Source: Chloroflexota bacterium (GTDB lineage: Bacteria > Chloroflexota > Anaerolineae > J102). From it: a stretch of DNA of 64,000 nucleotides. Shown here in pieces: positions 12,001 to 19,000 of this stretch. A model generated the notes under the pieces. The model did not search any database. It worked only from the letters and a program-made list of their open reading frames with translations, and had not been told where the DNA came from. The stretch spans positions 13,234-77,233 of the forward strand of contig JAYRVO010000048.1 of the NCBI GenBank assembly GCA_041918515.1, in the 5' to 3' direction. Numbering within the stretch: position 1 is the first letter of the stretch; the number at the start of each line of letters is the position of its first letter. A program made the position numbers and the translations under genes.

Positions 12001-12690
12001 CCCTGTCACCGGGAAGACCGACATCATGTCGGCTTGTTGATAACCGGGATCTGCGTCGTTCACACCATCGGCGGGGACGGGCCAGGCCGCGGCCTCGACG
12101 CCGATCACCCGGGTGGAGCCGAGCTTGTCGCCGCCATCATATGCGAACACGCTGTAGGTTGCGGGGCGCTGGGGGCGGGGCGTGCCCGGCCAAAGGATGT
12201 AACTGACGACATCCCCCTGCATGGTCACCACGTCGCCGACGTCGAGCAGGTCGGTCGGATGCCCCGGCGCAACGCCGTTGGCGAGGTTGCCGTCGCCCCA
12301 CACCTGGGTGGTCGCCTGCACGGGATTGTTCAGATCGGCTTCGTAGCCATCTTCCCATTGGTCGTAAACCAGGACAGTGTCCGGCTGGGAGACGACCACC
12401 GATTGCAGCACATGCATCTGGCTGGTGAGCGGTGTGTTGCCTTCCGGCGTGGTCGTGTTGTTCTGGTTGAGGAAGTAGTCGTTTATCGTGGCCGGCGGCT
12501 GGGGCATGTAGAAGGTCTGCGCCACCGGCTGCGGCAGCGCGGCGGCGATGCTGGCGGCGCTGGCCGCGCTGGCAATGGGTGTGGGCGCGCCCACAATCTG
12601 CGGGAACAGGCTGAGGATTAAGGCCAGGACGACGGCCAGGCTCAGGGCTGTGTAGAGACGGCGTAAGTGTAGCGACGGGCGCTGGTACAT
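1..12690 (-). CDS. giant secreted repeat-rich surface (adhesin-like) protein A, 3'-partial (>=4230 codons in window; C-terminus lies left of base 1)
   Basis: The minus frame with codon first bases at coordinates divisible by 3 is open from ATG 12690-12688 down to base 1. It is absent from the ORF track only because it has no stop in the window, and none of the listed minus ORFs in 1-12690 is in this frame. GGAGG (12699-12695) lies 4 nt before the ATG. My translation starts MYQRPSLHLRRLYTALSLAVVLALILSLFPQIVGAPTP (signal-peptide-like). It continues with many GDxVWxDxDxDGxQDxxEPGxxGVxV...TDxxGxYxFxxLxPGxY modules (SdrD B-like/Cna-B type), Asp-box repeats and a GEVED motif. The long + ORFs here are Arg/Gly/Val-rich antisense shadows. 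Confidence 0.85.
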   Translation of the reverse strand, partial: MYQRPSLHLRRLYTALSLAVVLALILSLFPQIVGAPTPIASAASAASIAAALPQPVAQTFYMPQPPATINDYFLNQNNTTTPEGNTPLTSQMHVLQSVVVSQPDTVLVYDQWEDGYEADLNNPVQATTQVWGDGNLANGVAPGHPTDLLDVGDVVTMQGDVVSYILWPGTPRPQRPATYSVFAYDGGDKLGSTRVIGVEAAAWPVPADGVNDADPGYQQADMMSVFPVTGPQSQWGTDFILPVGVNTAGPNFAVFSHTGAFIQAGPGGSTINIDADANGTFEIGPIALADGETYYLNKAGTVTVNQGARITASNPVQVFEVTGQVGATWGCRVFNLFPTTQWGNDYITPVSSGTNTANLGGTHASSVFLRNQNASAITVNYQLSNGTTGTINVPANSTAMFTPPDTGTVRNASRYWTTGSPAPKFYAITASDVSAANSSSSAYEWGFSLWDVTRLTTDGRLPWAPGTVGGPGSINGDRAWFSPLAATTVYVDYDGDPTTGPLTDPNGNKYDVSVAAAALSFNQVIDPDLDQTGVHVYTLDGTKLALVYGEDANDSHSQLNLDIGMMLAPGNINALGDFIWMDLDNDGVQDANEPGLANVKVTLTGPTGTVVTYTDKDGHYLFPDLVPGTFTVTVDPATLPAGMVQTFDPDGTLNNTTSRTLTADQLDTGADFGYRGIGSIGDLVWEDFDASQTRQLGELGVGAARINLTYYGADGILGTADDSVFTATTAADGSYLVTNLPLGKYNAVLDTTSIPPGFALTTPGSFTNFQLTGGSPNYLTADFGVRWAPVKPLYLTDNGGVCTQGLDRVDPIFTGDATTSLSTEIGRNDVARNYNVKDTFTVQSYSNQNSDSTPPQAWTTDWVENDTNAPGVQNPGGGNIKVDTANPGTLKFDVRADATQYVQRSFNMNGASVASLTLVISANALDAADTVQMQVSSNGGSTWTTLETLNSNFTGTKTYANLQNAPYNVALTGNMVLRFKVGQAIANRVIEFDSVTVAWTVPAGAGPTTTSFGMCSPLTSSFTVAAGTVNLCTYVTSAQGNIPTSNPAIPATLKYGATTIASLGNPTTVTAFPPPNVQTAFDDFESNGYSGGTGWGANAWTEINEADGSLAGDERVLSDGTSLIFRVSKGTEGAYREINLAGYDYATLSVDWQRVTDITDPAKGFAIEASNNGGTTWGRLILLTGPQASGTFTADITAYIAANTRIRIIGVGQDNDGYFDNVKITYGLKRREYKLCWSTTLASPVTVPSGQSITLDITNNVGGNTPFEIQYDSLSRPSLISLPAANYINVDSVGVYSAAYPGGVLVTQGDPNVARYIRAVVSDPFGASDITGLQFVIRTPSGAESLVTATQVASTAGTKTYEYNWTSGQLANAGAYTIEAIAAEGTEGLKALSSPPVTYNVLMSLSGHVINDANGNGSLAERTAENGLAGVTVQLFADANQDGVPDGAALQTQVTTGTGVYGGSYTFNNLLPGSYVIVESNLGGYTSTNDTTAPNDDKIPVTLASTSLINQDFLDSTNPQIAPISGRVINDVDGDGDLGERGGEAGIVGVTVQLWTDPNGDGNPADGVLYDTTLTIANGAYTFNAVPPGNFVVVETNPGGYTSTNDTGGPNDNRIPVVRVGATASTGNDFLDATTPNLGSIGDTIYWDKNQSGAPDAGEGIAGVQVYVDYNNNGVRDFNEPFATTNASGVYTIPNMPVGTFNVRVDTTTLPAGFTNTVDPDGTANNQTSVTLTSGQNNTTTDFGYQGTGSIGNETFKDTITQNGVRDAGEGLANVVVYIDANHNGVRDVGELSATTDAAGLYVIGNLPAGSYDVKVDTATLPAGLLNTTDPDATKNSQTTVALAGGQNLTTADWGYKPGGAISGTLWDDGTGNGIYVPGTEPGITGIQVGLFQSDGVTPVLSGGVPYVVTTDANGFYQFTNLPAGVTYMVKVVQATLPSGVTNDVDPDSAFPSGNNQALVSVPAAGGTVANQNFGYILPDPLLKTVSPAGAVNPGATVTYSLNPTYTGSGLFTSLVISDVIPAGSTYVGDSDTPEATVSEPAGGGTGVLTWALGSNVAKTDGSQASSPGGTNAWGTPAQIDTLRPGDANDRLIGTDVVPPDGIATDSSGNIYVVFNQNGVSTFFTKSTDGGATWSTPLNISVGLGDDKNASIAVDSSGNIHVVIDQNIRNVYYRKSTNGGASFSAAVQIDTNRAADSTDRYPDIYAESANNIHVVFNNNNAGTYYTKSTDGGTTWITAVNITTAAGSDKDASIAVDSSGFVHVVIDQNNRNIIYKKSTTAGGTTFSAGIQIDTNRAADSADRFPDIAVDKSTGALHVVFNNNNASSYYTKSTDGGTTWSTALDITSTGAADDIFAQVAVDNCGNTHVAIGQNNRSVYYRTSTNGGTSFTTPTEIDTLTGDNNDRYPAIAVSNAKVHVIFEQLGNDVFYNNATRTACQIATTTSITASPTLVKNGDTVTINITVSAAEAVSNISPTTPTVVNAAGGASCTSMTGTDIGPKSIGAGGGSVTFTYTCLADDGTTLPASVRFQASASGTDGRGNPAAFAAGTSNSVLEPPVLTFQVTANNPATTTSLVNRGVLKDSTVYPNGVPSNQVTTPLNVNLDYGDLPDTYKTLLASDGARHLIYGVRLGATATDAETDGQPNAGATGDNVAGSNDENGVVFSSLYQGQTATLTVTASGAGVLNAWADWNHNGIFDSNERIATNQALVAGSNTLTVNVPPAAVLGNTGFRFRVTDAAGQGGDLPTGLATTGEVEDYMTPVLSPPGSITGQVLKDTDNNNTGDAPLPGVTLTLLNSDGSVYDSDPNTGGVQPLTAVTDASGNYTLANVPPGSYRVSETQPVGYASVSDKDGGNLDIIGDVTLVVVLPATANTGNNFVEEQTGVISGTVMKDTDNNNTGDTPFSGVTVTLYTDPNGDGNPADGVAYGAPVVTNGSGVYSFTGVVPGTYVVVETDLSGYQSVSDGDSTVDSPLTPADAANTNTNDNRLAVNLATGETDSGNDFVDEQFGSITGQVLKDTDNNNTGDAPFASVTLTLLNSDGTVYDSDPLTGGIQPLTAVTDGSGNYSFANLPPGNYRVSETQPAGYASVSDKDGGNLDVIGDVTLIAVAAGAANTGNTFVEEQYGAITGTVTKDTTNDTVGDAPLATVTVRLFADADNNGVADSGTPVATQTTDINGNYTFSNVLPGGYVVVEVDPAGYASVADADSTADLAGSPADFANGSQTDSLLPVNLKAGETDSGNDFVDRGSGSIGDYVWNDRDGDGSQETGEPPLAGVRVFLDTDSDGSYDVGEPFSTTSSTGAYSITGLGPGTYAVRVDTTTLPAGVTQTFDHDGVGTPHVASVSVGPGEAVTDADFGYRGNASIGDLVWNDADSNGSQGGGESGYVGAVVFVDLNSNSVRDANEPFATTDASGNYTISNLTPGTYTVTVDTSTLPAGATPTYDLFAPANGIAPGVTLTAGQARTDVDFGFQSNGAIGDYVWNDMDGDGVQDTSEPPLVGVRVFVDSNGNTTYDAGEPNALTNAAGLYFINNLSQNNTPGYTVRVDTNTLPAGLTPTYDLNGIGTPNVVTGVTLNANEIRTDVDFGYQGNSSIGDYIWLDRDADGVQDPGEPPLAGVDVFLDLNGNGVWDTTEPKQTTSAAGAYTFSGLAAGTYTVRVDPATLPAVVNPTFDANGTGTPHAATVILPAATANTNVDFGYVGTSTPLGDYVWIDVDGDGVQEAGEPPLANVTVFIDSNNNGVRDTAEPFATTDTAGLYGIVGLPGGTYKVMVETSTLPAGVAPSYDLDGTGTANFVAAVSLAVNTPRTDVDFGYKGTGSITGTVKADTDNNNTGDTGLSGITVTLYTDPNGDGDPADGVVYGSPMTTDGNGAYTFVGVVPGSYVVVQTNLTGYQSVADGDATADSPLTPADVANASQTDNRLPVTLAAGETDSGNDFVDEQLGAISGTVAQDTNNDSTGETTLQGVTVRLFTDPNGDGDPADGTQVGSSQTTDINGAYAFTGVQPGSYVVVETDPLGYQSAADGDSTADSPLNPADAANASQTDNRLPVNLAAGETDSGNDFVERILALSGTVYRDADGLTDLTVDGTGTNVGGTLHANLLLGGNVVATIPVNGDGTYSFSNLLSGAYTVQLSTTPGVVGNPPPATSLPLGWINTGENLGAGAGSDGAPDGLLAVTVALVSVNNANFGIERLPDTNPAPAPTQDNPGGATTVQVPTLTGNDPEDGALNAGESFKIV
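520..4395 (-). repeat. intragenic tandem module repeats inside giant gene A (116-aa and 125-aa modules; 723-nt two-module unit duplicated)
   Basis: Modules GSITGQVLKDTDNNNTGDAP...NFVEEQ (116 aa) and G[VA]ISGTV..DTDNNNTGD...GETDSGNDFVDEQ (125 aa) alternate. The two-module unit of about 723 nt occurs twice in tandem (about 3668-4390 and 2945-3667). The 125-aa module recurs at about 895-1269 and 520-894, with five about 113-aa SdrD-B modules between (about 1270-2960). The ORF track shows this directly as near-identical antisense peptides ending at 4168 vs 3445 (offset 723) and at 658 vs 1033 (offset 375), and again at 3826. Confidence 0.8.
4425..4885 (-). other. GEVED-type domain segment within giant protein A
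   Basis: My translation of the reverse strand reads NLDYGDLPDTYKTLLASDGARHLIYGVRLGA ... NAWADWNHNGIFD ... TGLATTGEVEDYMTPV. The terminal GEVEDY is the hallmark of the GEVED domain family. Confidence 0.55.
5400..6420 (-). other. BNR/Asp-box (sialidase-like beta-propeller) repeat region within giant protein A
   Basis: My translation reads ...FFTKSTDGGATWSTPLNIS...YYRKSTNGGASFS...YYTKSTDGGTTWITA...IYKKSTTAGGTTFS...YYTKSTDGGTTWSTA...YYRTSTNGGTSFTT. These are repeated SxDxGxTW/F Asp-box motifs spaced about 50-60 aa apart. Confidence 0.65.
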
Positions 12691-13009
12691 GAAGCCTCCG
12701 AAGTCAGTAAATTGGGACGCGGCAACAAAAACAGAACATGCGCTGATTTATCAAAAGCATGTCGAACAGATAGACGTCGCGGCAACCAAGAAGTAACGAC
12801 CGCTGCGACTCAGGCTGGGATCTTTACAGCTTCACTATTCTATACCGGTGTAGTGACCATTTGCTTGAAATATGCTTCCAATTCGCTTGCAGTTTCATAC
12901 ACGGTTTGTTATAAACCCGTTCCCACGAAGTCGCCTCTTAGTTTGTTGTAACGACTCCAGTTGTTCGTCTGCACAAAAACGACTGAGGTCGTTACCGCAA
13001 AAGCCTCCT

Positions 13010-13040
13010 AAAAAACACCCCCCGGCGGGTGGGCCGGGGG
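13010..13040 (-). terminator. rho-independent terminator downstream of giant gene B
   Basis: On the minus strand the sequence is CCCCCGGC-CCACCC-GCCGGGGG (8-bp GC stem, 6-nt loop; plus-strand 13019-13040) followed by GTGTTTTTT (plus-strand A-run 13010-13015). It begins about 30 nt after the gene B stop codon (13072-13070). Confidence 0.7.
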
Positions 13041-13069
13041 ATGGAGAGAGTGAGGTGCGGAGGAAATGG

Positions 13070-16000
13070 TTAACGGAGACGGAGGATCAGTGGCGTGAAC
13101 AGGGTCTTGAAGCCGCCCTCCGGCGCTGTGAGGATGGGACCGAAGAACTGGCCGTCGGGCTGGCTCTGCAGCTTGTACCAGTAGCTCTGCCCAGACTCGG
13201 CGCTGGCGTCGAGCCATTCGTAGCTGGCGCCGGTCGGGTCCTGGCTGGGGATGAGGTCGGAGATGGCGGTGTAGTCGCCAACTGCCTGGGGCGCACGCCA
13301 GACGACGAAGCCGTCGATGTCGTCCTCGAACATCGTCGCCCAACGCAGGAGCACGCCGCCAGCGCCGGCTTCGGCCGTGAAACTGGATAGGGCCGTGCCC
13401 GTGGGCGAGATGTAGCCGAAATCGACATCGCTGCGGTTCTGGCCGGGCAAGAGGGTGACGATGACGGGCGAGGCGGAGGTGCGCACCATGCCAGGGGCCG
13501 AGGGTGGGACGGAGACGCTGTAGGTGCCGGGGGGCAGGTTGGACAGCAGGTAGGCGCCGTTGACCGTGGTGGTGGTGTAGGTCTGGCCTGTGACCTGATT
13601 GACGGCTGTGACGGTGACGCCGTTGATGCCGCTCGTCTCGCCGCTCTGCTGCGTGCCGTTGCCGTTGGCGTCGAAGTAGATGAAGTCGCCGAGCGAGGCG
13701 GGTGTGGCGATGGTCGTCGGCTCCTGGTCGCTGTTGTTGGTCAGGTCTGGCTCGCTGGAGGTGGTGCGAACAGTGGCGGTGTTGGTGATGACGCCGGTGA
13801 AGCCGAGATTGGTCGTGACGGCGATGGTGAAGGTGCGGGTGGCGTTGACGTTGAGACTGCCTACGTTCCACACCAAGGGGTTGGGGCCGGTGTAACCGGG
13901 GGTGGCGGAGGCGAACGTGACCTGGGCGGGCAGTGTGTCGGTGACGACGACGTTGTTGGCAATGCCGGGGCCGGCGTTGGCGATGGTGATGGTGTAGGTG
14001 AGGGAGCTGCCGGGCACGGCGGGATCGAAGCGGTCGCTCTTGGCCAGGCTCAGATCGACGGGGGGAGCGTCTTCGAAGTCCTGGTTGATTCTGATCAGGC
14101 GGTCGTCAGCGTTGCCTGGGATGCCGTCGAGGCCGAAGTCCAGGGTGAGGGTGATGTTGTCGGGGTTGCCGAAGCCATTGGGGCTGTCGGCGTCGCTGAG
14201 GCTGCTGTAATTGGTCGGGTTGGTCTCGATGACCTGGTAGAGGCCGGGCGTCAGGGTGAGGAAACTGTAGTTGCCATTGACATCGGTCTGTCGGGGACTC
14301 ACCACATCGTCGATCGTGCCGAGAATGCCATCGCTCCCGGCGTAGCGCAGGGTGACAGTGACGCCGCTGAGGGCCGGCTCGCCGCCCACGCAGTCGCCGG
14401 TCAGGTTGCCAGAGCACGCTGTGCCGCTGATGCTGCCAAGCCACTGTTTGTAGCCGAAGTTCTGGCCGGTTACGTCATTCTGGATGTTGGTGACGGTGCG
14501 GGTGGCGGGCGTGGTGGCCACATAGGCCGGGCTGGGCAGGGTGCTCTCGTTCACGTCGATGGTGCAGGTGGCGCCCTGTGGGATGCCGACCACCGACCAG
14601 TTGCTGAGAAACGTGTTGGCGGTGCTGACGGTCGTGAAGACGCCGTTGGGGCCGCAATCGACCGTGACCGTGGCGCCGGGGATGACCGGCTCGCCGGGGT
14701 TTTTGGTTCCCTCGCCGCTGGTGTCTTGCCAGACGAAACCGGCGATGGTGAAGGTGGCGCCGACAACGCCGCCGGGCTTGTACTGGTAGCCGAAATCGAC
14801 GGTGTCGTCCAGGTGGCTGTTGCCCGCGGTCAGCGTGGCCAGACCCTGGTTGTCGCATTCGCCGCCGGTGCAGGGTGGGGTCGCGTCGTCGGGGTCGCTG
14901 GTCTGTTCGTAGTGGAACGTCAGCGTGCTCGTGACCACCTTGACCACGTATTGTTGGCTACCGGTGGTGTCGGGCAGGCCGACGAATTCGTACTTGCCGA
15001 AGGCATCGGTGACATCGTTGCCCAGGTAGGTTTGGTCGTTGATGGTGGCGGGGTTGCCGTCGGCGTCCAGGTAGAGGTCGAGGGTCACGTTGGCAAAACC
15101 AGGTTCGCCGCCGTCCTGCACGCCGTTGCCGTTGACGTCGTTCCAAACGGTGTCGCCGAGCTTGCCGCCGTGATCGACGCCGAAGTCGAACGACGGGTGC
15201 CAGTCCTCGCCGCCGACCGCGGTGAAGGTGTAGCTGGTGGGCGTGGTGCGATCGGTATACTGGGCCGGGATGTCGGGTTGGTCATAGGTCAGCGTGCACG
15301 GTCCCGGCGGCACGATGAAGGCGAAGTGGCCGTTGGGCAGCGCTTGTGTGCCCGTGTCCATGCTGCCGGTGTAGTCATCGCCGCCGCCAGCCACGCCATC
15401 GGCGCCCAGGCAGACGATGTTGACCGTGACGTTGTTCAGCAGGTGCGCCGGATCCTGCTCGACGCCGTCCAGCACGCCGTTGTGGTCCTCATCCCAGAAG
15501 ACGTTGCCCTCCACCTTGGCGCCCACGTAGTAGCCGAAGTCGGCCGCCAGGTAGTCTTCGTTCGGGCCTAGGTTCTTGAATACGACGTCAGCCGTGGTCG
15601 GCACGATGTTGCGGGCGCCGTTGGTTGTGATGCTGTCCTCATAGACGTCCACCAGATAGCGTCCCGGTGGTAGATTGTCGAACAGGTAGAGGCCATTGGC
15701 GTCGGTCATGTCAAAGCCGACCTGAATGTCGCCGTTGAGCTGATCCAGGATGCCGTTGGTGTTGGCGTCGAAGTAGAGCAGCACGATGGCGTTGGCGATG
15801 GGGGTGCTCTCATCCTGCTGTCGGTTGATGTTGTTGTCCCACCAGACGTAGTCGCCGATGGAGCCGCCCCAGTTGAAGCCGAAGTCGGCGGTGGTGTAGG
15901 CCTGGCCGTTGCTGAGCGTTACGTCATGCGGGTTCGTTCCGCTGACCAGGTCCATGGCCGCGGCGATGGTCGTCGTGCCGTCGTAGGGCGAGGTGACCGT

Positions 16001-19000
16001 GCTGCTGGTATCTACCTGCACCAAGTAGTCGCCGCCGTAGAGACCGGTGAAGGTGTAGATACCGCTGGCATCGGTGGCGGTCGTCGTCATCAGGATGTCG
16101 TCGCCGGTCAAACCGTTGTTGGTCAGATCCTTGTAGAGCTTGACCGTGATTCCGGGCAGGCCGGCGTCGCTGGCGTCGCAGCCGTTCTCGCCCGTGTCCA
16201 GGCAGACGGTGTCGCCGATGCTGGCCGTGCCCGGCGGCCGCAGGCCGAAGTCCGCGTCGGTCACCGGCGTGCTGACCGAGGCCGTGCGCGTCAGCGTGCT
16301 CGCGGTTGTCGGCAGGTAGTTGGCCGGAATCGTGCCTGGAGTCATCGTCACGGTGTACTGCACGCCGTTCGTCAGGCCATAGATATGGTAGATGCCCTGG
16401 CTGTCGGTCGTGGCGCAGACCGTGGCGCCGCCGCCAACCGGCGTGGCGCAGACCTGCACGCCGCTGATGCCCGGCTCGCCCACATCTTGATCGCCGCCGC
16501 CATCCAGATCAGCCCAGACGCGGTCGCCGATGCTGGCGCCGATCAGGGTTTGCACGGTATTGCTGGGCGAGAGCGGGATGACGCTGGCATCCTTGATGTA
16601 ACCCTTGTTGGTCACGGGGTTGACCGTGGCCGGATTGTTCACCGTGGCCTGGAAGGTCAGCAGGGGATGCACGATGACGCTATTGGTCTTGGCGTTGGGC
16701 CAGGTGTTGCTGCCGTCGGTCGCATTGCCGCCGAAGGTGAGCTGGCCGATGTTGGTCCCAGTGGCCTGGTAGGTCCAGGTAAAGGTGGTGGGCGCCGCGC
16801 CGATCGTGGCGCTGGCCGGCGTTGGGCCAGTGAGCAGCGTGGCGTTTACGCCGTTGGTGCCGGTGATGACCAGTGTGTTCGGGCTAACGCTGGCGATGCT
16901 TTGCGTGGCGGTGAGCACTTGCGTGACGGTGATCGTGCTGCCCGCGGTGACCAGCGTCGGCGCGGCCGCCATGACGTTTCTGAGGGCCGGCCCCGATGGG
17001 ATCGTATACTCGATGACCAGCCGCGGCGGGTTCGTGCCGGCGCCATCCCAACTCTCAGCAGTGCGCGAGCCGGTTCCGGTGACGATGAAGGCCATGCTGT
17101 TGCCGCTGGCCCAGCCGGCGCGATTCGCGATCTCCTGGACAATCGTCTTCAGGTCGGGCGTGCTGTAATCCGCACCGGCGGTCCAGGTCGCGGGCGACCA
17201 GGCGACGGACGCGGTGGTCGTGCTCCGGTTCGTGATATCATACGCGGTGCTCGTGAAGGTGGTCGGATTATTGGCCGCCTGGCCGCGGATGGTCAGGCTG
17301 GTGGCGCCGTTATTCGTGTTCGGCGCATCGGCCGCTTCCGCGCGCACGACGATGTACGCGTTCGTGATCGTGGCGCCTTGGGGCACATTCAGCGTGTTGA
17401 AGCGCAGCCCGATCTTCTGCGTCCCCCCCGAATAGCCGGCCGAGGTGTCATTGTCCGTCGTGGACTCGATGTCCGAGCTGGTGAGATCCATGTAACCCGG
17501 TGGGTGGCTCCCCGTGGCGTCGGGACCGGCCTCCTCCGCATCATCGCTGCTCTGGCTGACCTGGCTGCTCGTCCATGGAATATTGTCCCACAGGAAGAGG
17601 AAAGGCTGGTTGTTCCCGGCCGTGCCGCCGGTGCTGGTCTCCAGGATCACGGCGGGATCGAATGGCGCGTTGCCCGGCCAAAGCGTGTAATGCAAATCGT
17701 CGTTGATATCCTGCGCCGCCACCATGATCCGGTCGGCATTCGGATCAGGACTGAGGGTGATGATGTTGGCACGCGCGCCGATATTCAGCCCCAAACCTGG
17801 CACAGCCAGCCAGCCAGTGGCAGGCTTCCAGAATTTGTAGTAGATATTGGGCAGGCTGGCATCGTTGAAGACCGCCAACGCCTCACTGGACGTGCCCTCG
17901 AAAGCCACATCTACGCTGGGGTAATTGATGCTCCCTGCCGTAGCTGAACCCATCACCGCCGTGCCCCAGGCGTTCCCGTCCCAGACGTTCATCCAGGTCA
18001 TGGCCGTGCCGCTGGCGGTGGTCACGCCCAGGACGATGCGGTCGCTCTGCGGATCGGAAGCCAGGGTCGAGAAGTTAAAGTTGGTCGTGATCGTGCCCGG
18101 CGGGGCGGTAGAGGCCTCGGTGGACCACGTGCTGCCATTCCAGATACGATAGAAGGCGGTCGTTACACCGAAGCCTTTACCATAGACCACCATGATATTA
18201 CCGCTTAAACTCTCATAGGCGACTGACGACGATGTGTTGGGGAAGCCGGTGCCGCTCTGAAGCAATGTGCCGCTGCCCCAGCTCGAGCCGTTCCAGATCC
18301 AGGCCATGGTCTTGCCCACGTTCTCCGTCACCACCAGGGCGATCTCGTTGCTGCCTGGTTTGGATGCCAGGGCCACCCGCTTGGCTGGACTGGCGCCGGC
18401 GAGTGTGGGATAGTCGCTCACCGCGGTCGTATTCGTCCACGAACTGCCGTTCCAGGTTGCATACTTCAAGGTATTGGAGGCGTCGGCAAAAACAACCAGG
18501 GCGTCGCCGCTCGTCTGCTCGTAAGCCACATCATATGCCCACGGATAGCCAAACCCCGGCGCCCCCAGGCTAGTGCCCGGGATCAAGGTCCAAGCGCTGC
18601 CGTTCCAGACCTCGCCCACAAGGGCGCCAAAGGCATCAATACCCAGGACGATCTTCTCGTTGCGCGTCGGCGTAGACGCGCCCTGCAAGCCCTGGGTGAT
18701 CGTGCCCAGGCTGGCCGTGTTGGCCGCGCCCGTGAACCCGCTGCCGTTCCAGGGGTTGTATTTGGTTGCCGAGGTGGAGTTGGAGTACCAGACCGCCATG
18801 CCGGTCGTCGGATTGCCGCCCCAGCCGCTGCCGCCGCCGGCCGAATAGCCCGGCGCCCCGGCCGTGTTGCTGCCCAGGCTCCAGGTGACCGTATCGGGCG
18901 TGCCAGGGGGGAGCACCCGCGCGCTGTTCGACGTGGACTGGACGAAGCTGTAAGGCGAGCCGCTCCATGTACCCGAAGCGTTGCCGGTGAACCGCAGCTC

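Noticed and set aside
395-12621. Very long + strand ORFs (418..2556, 2569..3783, 4825..6261, 6340..11247 at 1635 aa, 11575..12621) and many minus ORFs in other frames
   Set aside because: Their translations are Arg/Gly/Val/Ala-rich and low in complexity, with no motifs. They lie exactly antisense or out of frame to a minus-strand frame that reads as a coherent signal-peptide-plus-domain protein from ATG 12690 to base 1. This is the typical high-GC shadow-ORF artefact.
12659-12690. Possible frameshift between the ATG of giant gene A and its body
   Set aside because: On a first pass I mis-registered one G in the run near 12660. Re-reading the triplets shows that ATG 12690 is in the same frame as the rest of the gene. 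This agrees with the coordinates of neighbouring ORF-track entries (for example the TTG start at 12712). No frameshift is supported.
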